Shown here: positions 56,504-64,000 of the stretch, piece after piece
How the letters are laid out: each line of letters opens with the position of its first letter
How positions within the stretch are numbered: the stretch's first letter is position 1
DNA from: an uncultured virus (IMG/VR IMGVR_UViG_3300046170_000428)
Taxonomy: Duplodnaviria; Heunggongvirae; Uroviricota; Caudoviricetes
Reading direction: 5' to 3' (one strand)
Length of the DNA: 64,000 nt
Virus record (IMG/VR): IMGVR_UViG_3300046170_000428
The notes under the pieces: model-generated
What the model saw: only the letters and a program-made list of their open reading frames with translations
The model's database searches: none
Told to the model about the DNA's origin: nothing
Position numbers and translations under genes: made by a program

Positions 56504-59170
56504 ATGGCAGATAGAATTCCACTAATTATTGAGGGATCGAGTATTCGAGAGATTCCGTCAGCTGACAGACTTGATGTCCAAGGGGCATTAGAAGTCAATG
56601 GGGATATTACACCCGGAACTGATTCGGCATACGATATTGGTACATCGTCACTTAAATTTAGAGATATTTACTTATCGGCTGGTACTATTCACCTAGGTGG
56701 TGTAAAGTTAAGAGCTGATGGTAATACATTATCTATTCAAGACAGTACTGGAGCATCCTCCGGTGTTGCAACTACATCTCTTGCAACAATAAGTACTGAC
56801 GATCTTTCTGAAGGTTTAACTAATCTCTTCACTACAGCAGCTCGAACACGAAGCCATATTCAAGTAACAGATGCTGGTGGTGATGGTTCTCTTACCTTTG
56901 ATTCTGCCTCAGGTTTATTTACATATACTGGACCTTCTGCTGCTGAAATAAGAGCTCACATGAATGTAGTTGATGCTGGTGGAGATGGATCATTTACTTA
57001 TGATTCAGCAACAGGTCAATTTACTTATACTGGTCCAAGTGCTAGTGAAGTACGAGCACATATTACGGCAAATAAAGGTGTAAGTATTACATCAGGCGAA
57101 ATTAATGTCGACTCTGCAAATATAAGAGGAATATTTTCCGCAGTTGATTCTGGCGGAGACGGAGCTTTTTCTTATGAAGAAGATACTGGTAAATTCATAT
57201 ATCGTGGACCATCTGCCACAGAAGTAAGAGCTCATATTAATGTAGTTGATGCTGGTGGAGATGGATCTTTTACTTATGATTCTGCTCTTGGAAAGTTAAC
57301 ATACACTGGACCTGATGCTACTGAAGTAAGAGCACATTTTAGTGCTGGTGAAGGTATTGATCTGGCTTCTGGCGTTATTTCTGGAGAAGATGCAACAGAT
57401 GTTAATAAAGGTATTGCTTCATTTAGTAGTGATCACTTTGACGTTACATCAGGTGCAGTTACTATTAAAGCTGATGGAATAGATGATACACATATTGATT
57501 TTGGTACAGGAACAAATCAAGTTAGCACTGCAGATATTCCAGAACAAACTAATCTATATTATACAGATGCTCGAGCTGACAGTGATGCAAAGAATGCTAT
57601 ATCTTTAACTTTTACTGGAGGTGATGGTGCAGCATCATATACACCAGCAACTGGTGTTATTTCAGTCACTGGACCATCTGCTGCTGAAGCAAGAGCACAC
57701 TTTAGTGGTGGAAATGGCGTAACTATTACAGACGGTTCTGTAGCAATTGGTCAACCTGTAGCTACTACCGATTCTGTTACTTTTGCTGGGATGACAGTTA
57801 CTGGTGATTTAAATGTTTCAGGTACAACAACTTCGGTTAATTCAATTTCTTATACTGTTAATGATCCATTAATTCATCTTGCTGATAGTAATGAGGTCGC
57901 TGATGTAGTTGATATTGGTTTTATAGGTCATTACTATCGAGATGGAGCGCGAAGACACGCTGGTTTATTTAGAAATGCTGATGACCAATCATTTAATTTG
58001 TTCAATAACATGGTTGACTCTGCATTTGATAGTGCGCTTCCACCAAACGTTATTAATACTGGAGCAACAGGATATACTTTAGCTAACTTGAATGCTGGTA
58101 CTGTTACTGGTACTTTTGTTGGTAACGTAACTGGTAATGTAACTGGAAGCTCTGGATCAACAACTGGTAATGCGGCAACTGCTACCGCTTTACAAACAGG
58201 AAGAACAATTGGTTTAAGTGGTGATGTTACTGCAACAGGTGTAAGTTTTGACGGAACAGGTAATATTACTCTTACTACTGCTATGGCAAATAATAGTGTT
58301 GATTTAACAACACATACTACTGGTAATTATGTTCAACAAGGTGCTACATCTGGTAACGGTATCTCAGGTTCAGTTAACTCAGAAGGCGGAACATTCACTG
58401 TAACATCAAATGCTACAAATGCAAATACAGGAAGTACAATTGTATTTCGAGATGGTTCAGGTAACTTCAGTGCAGGAACAATTACTGCCGCTTTAAGTGG
58501 TAATGCTTCAACTGCTACTAGCTCAACTAACTCTACTAATGCAACAAACTTTAACGTTGCTGCTGATAATAGTACTAACGCCACACATTACGTTATTTTT
58601 ACTGGTGGTGCCACTGGTAATCAGAGACCTAATTCTGATACTACATTAACATATAATCCATCTTCAAATACTTTATCAACTACTACGTTTTCTGGCGCTT
58701 TATCCGGTAATGCAACTACTGCTACCACTCTCCAAACCGCAAGAACTATCGGTGGTGTATCATTTAATGGTAGTGCAAATATTAACTTACCAGGTGTCAA
58801 TACAACTGGTAATCAAAATACTTCTGGTAATGCAGGTAGTGCTACTGTTTTACAGACTGCAAGAACTATTGGTGGTGTATCATTTAATGGTAGTGCAAAT
58901 ATTAACTTACCAGGTGTTAATACTTCTGGTAATCAAAACACTTCTGGTAATGCCGCAACTGCAACTGCATTGGCAACTGGTAGAACAATTTCTCTTACTG
59001 GAGATGCTACTGGAACATCTGGATCATTTAATGGTACAGGTAACGTAAGTATTTCAGTTGCTTTAGCTGCAAATACAGTATCTTCGACTGAATTAGTAAG
59101 TGCAAGTACATTGTTAATTAAAAATACAGCTGGAACAACGATTAAAACTATTATTGGAGCGGGTAGCTAA
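56504..59170 (+). CDS. tail fibre protein
   Basis: DIGTSSLKFRDIYL, DAGGDGS.TYDS..G..TYTGPSA.E.RAH repeats, GNAATATAL.T.RTI and GVSFNGSANINLPGV fibre repeats. Confidence 0.8.
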   Translation: MADRIPLIIEGSSIREIPSADRLDVQGALEVNGDITPGTDSAYDIGTSSLKFRDIYLSAGTIHLGGVKLRADGNTLSIQDSTGASSGVATTSLATISTDDLSEGLTNLFTTAARTRSHIQVTDAGGDGSLTFDSASGLFTYTGPSAAEIRAHMNVVDAGGDGSFTYDSATGQFTYTGPSASEVRAHITANKGVSITSGEINVDSANIRGIFSAVDSGGDGAFSYEEDTGKFIYRGPSATEVRAHINVVDAGGDGSFTYDSALGKLTYTGPDATEVRAHFSAGEGIDLASGVISGEDATDVNKGIASFSSDHFDVTSGAVTIKADGIDDTHIDFGTGTNQVSTADIPEQTNLYYTDARADSDAKNAISLTFTGGDGAASYTPATGVISVTGPSAAEARAHFSGGNGVTITDGSVAIGQPVATTDSVTFAGMTVTGDLNVSGTTTSVNSISYTVNDPLIHLADSNEVADVVDIGFIGHYYRDGARRHAGLFRNADDQSFNLFNNMVDSAFDSALPPNVINTGATGYTLANLNAGTVTGTFVGNVTGNVTGSSGSTTGNAATATALQTGRTIGLSGDVTATGVSFDGTGNITLTTAMANNSVDLTTHTTGNYVQQGATSGNGISGSVNSEGGTFTVTSNATNANTGSTIVFRDGSGNFSAGTITAALSGNASTATSSTNSTNATNFNVAADNSTNATHYVIFTGGATGNQRPNSDTTLTYNPSSNTLSTTTFSGALSGNATTATTLQTARTIGGVSFNGSANINLPGVNTTGNQNTSGNAGSATVLQTARTIGGVSFNGSANINLPGVNTSGNQNTSGNAATATALATGRTISLTGDATGTSGSFNGTGNVSISVALAANTVSSTELVSASTLLIKNTAGTTIKTIIGAGS
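58739..58954 (+). repeat. tandem 120-bp-period direct repeat in the fibre gene
   Basis: 58741-58800 and 58861-58920 differ at only two positions. Confidence 0.85.
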
Positions 59171-59925
59171 TGGCCAATCCTAACTCGAGAGATACTCTCA
59201 TTGACTATTGTAAGCGACGACTTGGCGAACCTGTTATTGAGGTAAACGTCGATGAAGATCAACTTGAAGACAGAGTTGATGAAGCGATACAGTATTATCA
59301 AGAATTTCATTCTGATGCTACTTATCGTGCATACGTGTCTCATGAATTAACGGCTGATGATATTACAAATAAATATATTACAACCTCTTCTGATGTTCAT
59401 CATGTGACAAAAGTATTCCCTGTTATATCAAGTGCAAGTGCTTCAAAGAATTTATTTAATCTTCGCTATCAAATGCACTTGTCCGAATTAACTGATATGT
59501 CTCAGTTTGCTGGTGATATTGCATATTATGAACAAATTCAACAATATTTGTCTTTACTTGATATGACATTGAATGGTACGACAATGACAGATTTTTCTCG
59601 TAGACAGAATAGAATTTATTTATTTGGACATATTGAAGATTTAGACATTGTAGCAGGCGATTATGTAGTTTATGAAGTGTATAATACTGTTCAACCAAAT
59701 ACTTATACTTCGATTTATAACGATATGTGGTTGAAAGAATATACAACTGCGTTAATTAAACAACAATGGGGAATGAATTTAATGAAATTTGAGGGTATGC
59801 AATTGCCCGGTGGAGTAATACTTAATGGTAGACAATTGTATGATGATGCTCAAGGTGAAATTGAAGACCTTAGAGAAAGGATTAGACTCGAGCACGAATT
59901 ACCAGCAGACTTTTTTATAGGATGA
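59170..59925 (+). CDS. gp13: neck protein gp13
   Basis: SR..LIDYC.RRLG.PVIEVNVD.DQ..DR, NDMWLKEY.TALIK.QWG.NL.KF.G..LPGGV.LNG. Confidence 0.95.
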   Translation: MANPNSRDTLIDYCKRRLGEPVIEVNVDEDQLEDRVDEAIQYYQEFHSDATYRAYVSHELTADDITNKYITTSSDVHHVTKVFPVISSASASKNLFNLRYQMHLSELTDMSQFAGDIAYYEQIQQYLSLLDMTLNGTTMTDFSRRQNRIYLFGHIEDLDIVAGDYVVYEVYNTVQPNTYTSIYNDMWLKEYTTALIKQQWGMNLMKFEGMQLPGGVILNGRQLYDDAQGEIEDLRERIRLEHELPADFFIG

Positions 59926-59929
59926 TGGT

Positions 59930-60823
59930 ATGGCCCGAAACTACTATATAAGGGATAATGTAAGATCTGAACAGAATCTCTACGAAGATATTGTAATTGA
60001 ATCTCTCAAAATTTACGGACAAGATGTATATTATCTTCCGCGTGATACCGTATATGAGGATAGAATTTTTGGTGATGAAATTCCTGCACGATATAATTCA
60101 AGTTATAAAATAGAAATGTATATCGACAACATCGAAGGTTTCGATGGTGAGGGCGACTTATTTACTCGATTTGGTGTAGAAATCAGAGACGAATGTACAT
60201 TTGTTGTATCAAGGCGTAGATGGAATCAAACAGTAGGTGGTGATAACAATATTAATAGTGAAAGACCGCGCGAAGGCGATTTAGTGTATTTACCGCTTTC
60301 AAAATCTATGTTTCAAATAACTGCGGTAGAAAATGATCAACCATTTTTTCAATTATCTAATCTTCCTGTATTTAAATGCCGTGCACATTTATTTGAATAT
60401 AATAGTGAAGATTTTGATACTGGTATTGAAGAAATTCAAGATATCGAAGAAAACTATGGATACACATATCTGTTAAAGATTTTAGGTGCAGATATAAACA
60501 ACAGAAAACCAATATATCCAGGCAATATTATAACACAGAATCAAAGTGGTGTATTAGTTACAGCCGAGGTTGCTAAATATTCAGATTCAGATGGAACAAT
60601 TCATGCTGTGAACCTATCTTCATCAGATGCAACATTTAAACTATTCCAGGCTGATAGCTCAATTACTGTTGATTCTAATGCTAACATACATACAATTCAA
60701 ACAGTTTCTGAATTAAATAAACTTTCAGAAGATGAACAGAATACAGATTTTGGAACATTTGGTGATGATTTCCTAGATTTTAGTGAATCAAATCCATTTG
60801 GAGATCCATCGGGGAATGACTAA
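59930..60823 (+). CDS. gp14: neck protein gp14
   Basis: EQ.LYED..IES.KIYG.DVYYLPR, GF.GEGD...RFG, RP.EGDL.Y.P, PFFQL, DFSE.NPFG. Confidence 0.95.
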   Translation: MARNYYIRDNVRSEQNLYEDIVIESLKIYGQDVYYLPRDTVYEDRIFGDEIPARYNSSYKIEMYIDNIEGFDGEGDLFTRFGVEIRDECTFVVSRRRWNQTVGGDNNINSERPREGDLVYLPLSKSMFQITAVENDQPFFQLSNLPVFKCRAHLFEYNSEDFDTGIEEIQDIEENYGYTYLLKILGADINNRKPIYPGNIITQNQSGVLVTAEVAKYSDSDGTIHAVNLSSSDATFKLFQADSSITVDSNANIHTIQTVSELNKLSEDEQNTDFGTFGDDFLDFSESNPFGDPSGND

Positions 60824-61086
60824 TGAGTGACGATTTTTTTGATTTTGGCTTTACAGCTGTCGACGAAAATGAATTAGAAGCAGTTCAAAAAATTACTTCA
60901 AAAGCAGAAACTCTTGGTGCTTCTGCAATGAATACTCAAGAGAAGATAGATAAATTATATAATGCAATTATACCATTATTAAATAACTTAAAGAAAAACC
61001 CAGAAAAGGAATATATTCTCTGGCCGGATCGGTTAAATAAAGTAGAACAATTCGAAACGCATTTACAGAAAATATATAATAGCTAA
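60823..61086 (+). CDS. small hypothetical protein between gp14 and gp15
   Basis: FDFGFTAVDE, PLL.NL..NP.KEYI.WP.R; TAATG coupling on both sides. Confidence 0.7.
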   Translation: MSDDFFDFGFTAVDENELEAVQKITSKAETLGASAMNTQEKIDKLYNAIIPLLNNLKKNPEKEYILWPDRLNKVEQFETHLQKIYNS

Positions 61087-61880
61087 TGTTTGGTGGACAC
61101 TTTTATCACGAAAAAACTAGAAAAGCAGTTGCTATATTTGGCAAACTGTTTAATAATCTATATGTAATTCGTAAAAATCAAACTACTGGTGCATCTACTT
61201 CTCAAGTAAAAGTTCCATTAGCGTATGCTCCGAAAGCAAAATACCTAAGTCGTATTAAAGAAAATCCAGATTTAGCAGCAAATGATGGAGTAGCAATTAA
61301 ACTACCGCGTATGTCATTTGAGATTACTTCATTGACATATGATAATACTAGACAAGTATCGAAAGTAAATAATTTTACACGATACGGAACTAATGACAAT
61401 AATAGAAATAAATTTTATACGGCAGTTCCATATAATATTACATTTCAGTTAAACATATACACAAAAACTCAAGATGATGCTCTTCAACTTGTTGAGCAAA
61501 TTTTACCTACATTTAATCCACAATATTCAATAACACTTAAACCTTTTGCTGATTATTCTGATATTTTAGAAGATATTCCAATTACAATATCTGGAGTATC
61601 ATTTCAAGATGATTTTGAAGGTGAAATAGGTGCCCGTAGAACTATTATTTACACTATGGATTTTGAAATGAAAATATCATATTATAGTGGTATTAGTACT
61701 GGCCCAATTGTTCGTGATGTTAGGGCAAAAATTTTTGATATCGGTGCAGGATTAAGTGATTCTGATATTAGACTAAAAACAATTCAGGTGCTTCCCAATC
61801 CAACAACATTAAACATTTTAGGTGATTCAGATTTTGGATTTACAAGGATAGATTATGCCGCAGACTCCGACGCTTCGTGA
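61086..61880 (+). CDS. gp15: tail sheath stabiliser/terminator gp15
   Basis: FYH...RK.V..FG.LFNN, VPLAYAP..K, LPRMSFE, DD.LQ.VEQILP.F.P, RR.IIYT. Confidence 0.95.
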   Translation: MFGGHFYHEKTRKAVAIFGKLFNNLYVIRKNQTTGASTSQVKVPLAYAPKAKYLSRIKENPDLAANDGVAIKLPRMSFEITSLTYDNTRQVSKVNNFTRYGTNDNNRNKFYTAVPYNITFQLNIYTKTQDDALQLVEQILPTFNPQYSITLKPFADYSDILEDIPITISGVSFQDDFEGEIGARRTIIYTMDFEMKISYYSGISTGPIVRDVRAKIFDIGAGLSDSDIRLKTIQVLPNPTTLNILGDSDFGFTRIDYAADSDAS

Positions 61881-62250
61881 TAGCGATAAAGCCGCAAATG
61901 ATTATGATTATTCGCGCGAAACATATTATGAACTAATTGAAAAAGGCAAAAATGCCTTAGAAAATATGATTGAAGTTGCCAGAGAATCTGAGCATCCTCG
62001 AGCATATGAAGTTTTATCTGGTATGATAAAAAATATATCTGACGTAAACGACCGCTTAATGATATTAAATAAAGGTAAAAAAGAACTTGAGAAAAAGAAT
62101 GAAACGACCGAAGTAAATAATACACAAAATAATTTCTACTTAGGTTCAACTGCAGACGTACAACGTTTGCTAAAAGGCGATTTAATAGATGTCACACGAA
62201 CAGGCGGTGAAAGCGAGAGCGACTCGGGAGACGTATCTAGGGAATCCTAA
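61855..62250 (+). CDS. gp16: terminase small subunit gp16
   Basis: DY.YSRE....LIEKG..A, A.ESEHPRAYEV, N..YLGSTADVQ. Confidence 0.92.
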   Translation: MPQTPTLRDSDKAANDYDYSRETYYELIEKGKNALENMIEVARESEHPRAYEVLSGMIKNISDVNDRLMILNKGKKELEKKNETTEVNNTQNNFYLGSTADVQRLLKGDLIDVTRTGGESESDSGDVSRES

Positions 62251-63847
62251 TGTTAAGCGCGATGGTGTTGCTGAACAATGGACTCAAGAGTCAATTCTTG
62301 AATATAAAAAATGTATGGATAATCCCATATATTTTTCACAAAAATATATAAAGGTTATTTCACTTGATGAGGGTTTAGTACCGTTTGATCTGTATCCTTA
62401 TCAACAAGAAATGTTTGGGAGATTCAATGAGCATAGGTTTAATATTATATTGGCTTGCAGACAATCAGGTAAATCCATATCGGTTTGTGCCTACTTGCTC
62501 TGGTATGCGCTGTTTCATCCGGAAAAGACTGTGGCCATTCTCGCTAACAAAGCATCAACCGCAAGAGAAATGCTCTCCCGGATCACGCTTATGCTTGAAA
62601 ACTTACCGTTCTTTTTACAAGCAGGAACAAAAGCTCTTAACAAAGGTTCACTTGAGTTTGGCAATAATTCTCGAATTATTACTGCTGCAACCACTGGTTC
62701 TTCTATCCGTGGTCTTAGTATCAATTTGCTTTATCTCGATGAATTTGCATTCGTAGAAAAAGCTGCAGAATTTTATACTTCTACATATCCTGTTGTATCT
62801 GCTGGTAAAGATACCAAAGTCATTATCACATCTACGGCAAATGGTATTGGTAATATGTTTTACAAGATTTGGGAAGGTGCAGTACAATCAGTTAATGAAT
62901 TTACTCCATTTCGTGTTGATTGGTGGGATGTTCCAGGCCGTGATGAGGAATGGAAACAACAAACAATTAACAATACATCAAAATTGCAGTTCGATCAAGA
63001 ATTTGGTAATACGTTTTTCGGTACAGGTGATACCCTAATTAGTGCTGAAGCCCTTATGGAATTAAGAGCTAAACAGCCTAAAAGACATATTGAACAAGGT
63101 GATGGTTCTGTATACTCAGATCCAGAAAAAGGTAAAGAGTATATTATGTGTGTAGATGTTGGAAAGGGAAGAGGACAGGACTATTCTACATTTACTTTAA
63201 TCGATATTAGCGTAAAACCATTTGAACAGGTAGCTGTTTACCGTAACAATACTATTTCTCCATTACTCTTCCCTACTATTATATATAAGTATGCGAAATT
63301 ATACAATAATGCATATGTTATTGTAGAGTCAAATGATCAGGGTTCTCTAGTAGCAAACGGCTTATATCAAGAACTTGAATATGATAATGTGCATATGGAA
63401 TCTGCGGTAAAGGCAAATGCTATTGGTCAGGCTATGACTCGTAGAGTTAAAAGATTAGGTTGTTCTGGCTTAAAAGATCTTATTGAAACGAATAAACTTA
63501 AAATTTATGATGAACAAACTATCCTTGAAATATCTACATTTGTTGCAAAAGGTAATTCATATGAAGCCTCAGAAGGTAATAATGATGATTTAATCATGAA
63601 TTTAGTTATGTTTGGTTATTTTGCTCAAACACAATTCTTTAATGATATGACCGATATCAATCTAAAAGAAATGTTGTTTAAACAAAGAATGGCTGAAATT
63701 GAAGCTGATATTGTACCATTTGGTTGGGTAGATGATGGTTCTGAATGGATTAAATCAATTGAAGAAGAAGAAATTGTAAGAGCGGGTAATGAACCTGAAT
63801 CTCCAGATTGGCTTATTGATATGGAACAGCAAAACGACCGCTGGTAA
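62189..63847 (+). CDS. gp17: terminase large subunit gp17
   Basis: YLGNPN, Walker A RQSGKS, Walker B LYLDEFAF, STANG, nuclease VDVGKG...DYS and DDLIM. Confidence 0.97.
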   Translation: MSHEQAVKARATRETYLGNPNVKRDGVAEQWTQESILEYKKCMDNPIYFSQKYIKVISLDEGLVPFDLYPYQQEMFGRFNEHRFNIILACRQSGKSISVCAYLLWYALFHPEKTVAILANKASTAREMLSRITLMLENLPFFLQAGTKALNKGSLEFGNNSRIITAATTGSSIRGLSINLLYLDEFAFVEKAAEFYTSTYPVVSAGKDTKVIITSTANGIGNMFYKIWEGAVQSVNEFTPFRVDWWDVPGRDEEWKQQTINNTSKLQFDQEFGNTFFGTGDTLISAEALMELRAKQPKRHIEQGDGSVYSDPEKGKEYIMCVDVGKGRGQDYSTFTLIDISVKPFEQVAVYRNNTISPLLFPTIIYKYAKLYNNAYVIVESNDQGSLVANGLYQELEYDNVHMESAVKANAIGQAMTRRVKRLGCSGLKDLIETNKLKIYDEQTILEISTFVAKGNSYEASEGNNDDLIMNLVMFGYFAQTQFFNDMTDINLKEMLFKQRMAEIEADIVPFGWVDDGSEWIKSIEEEEIVRAGNEPESPDWLIDMEQQNDRW

Positions 63848-63863
63848 TGGAATTTTAAAATAT

Positions 63864-63913
63864 TATAAATACTATTGAAATTGAAAATAATCGTATCATG
63901 CATCATATAAATA
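63864..63913 (+). promoter_or_regulatory. two T4-type late promoters upstream of gp18
   Basis: TATAAATA at 63864-63871 and 63906-63913. Confidence 0.7.
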
Positions 63914-63931
63914 ATCCAATGAGGTAAACCA

Positions 63932-64000
63932 ATGGCACTTTTTGCACCATCTCAAAGTCCTGCAGTCATAGTTAAAGAGGTAGATCTAACAGGCGGAGTG
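63932..64000 (+). CDS. gp18: tail sheath protein gp18, N-terminus (truncated by the window end)
   Basis: GAGG SD; MALFAPSQSPAVIVKEVDLTGGV matches the 'SP.V..KE.DLT' sheath start; follows gp17. Confidence 0.8.
   Translation, partial: MALFAPSQSPAVIVKEVDLTGGV

Noticed and set aside
53971..59170. Repeats as a CRISPR array or DGR template/variable repeats
   Set aside because: Repeats are in-frame, degenerate at synonymous positions, with no spacers, no adenine-specific variation and no reverse transcriptase.
62189..63847. Intein or intron in the terminase
   Set aside because: 552 aa is a normal length, with contiguous ATPase and nuclease motifs and no splicing motifs seen.
1..64000. tRNA/rRNA genes, integrase or alternative genetic code
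   Set aside because: No cloverleaf or rRNA-like tract was recognised by eye and no recombinase was seen. Core genes translate full length with the standard code; the breaks are frame shifts, not in-frame stops.

Overview
AT-rich genome segment of a T4-like myovirus, resembling marine T4-like phages; the host cannot be determined from this window. Layout: (1) 1-8.3 kb: small early/accessory genes (a half-size Na+/Pi cotransporter, an SleB-type cell-wall hydrolase, a stand-alone LigA Ia-like domain), then gp33 and gp32, driven by a repeated TGTACA-N17-TATAAT promoter. (2) 8.3-29.2 kb: tail/baseplate module (tape measure, gp51/gp26, gp54-like, gp2, gp4, gp48, gp53, hub, gp5, PAAR, gp25, gp6, gp7, gp9-like, gp8, VrlC-like, fibre proteins) with T4 late promoters TATAAATA. 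(3) 29.7-53.6 kb: a ~24 kb biosynthetic island between fibre genes, encoding 11 radical SAM enzymes, 4 glycosyltransferase-like proteins, methyltransferase-like proteins, a carbamoyltransferase, a QueC-like PP-loop ATPase, HAD/nucleotidyltransferase, 4 SGNH-like proteins and 2 degenerate 2OG-oxygenase-like proteins. (4) 53.6-64 kb: fibres, gp13, gp14, gp15, terminase gp16/gp17 and the start of gp18. Main hypothesis (inference): the island builds and installs a heavily tailored glycan or other modification on the virion, at an Asp-Ser-(small) motif that is strongly enriched in the flanking structural proteins (about 40 DS in one 831-aa fibre). Also notable: a U-UUU-UUA -1 slippery site that would join gp26 to gp51 just upstream of the tape measure gene (like lambda G/GT), a hairpin whose loop is antisense to the phage's own RBS+AUG, and three +1 frame breaks that are probably assembly errors.
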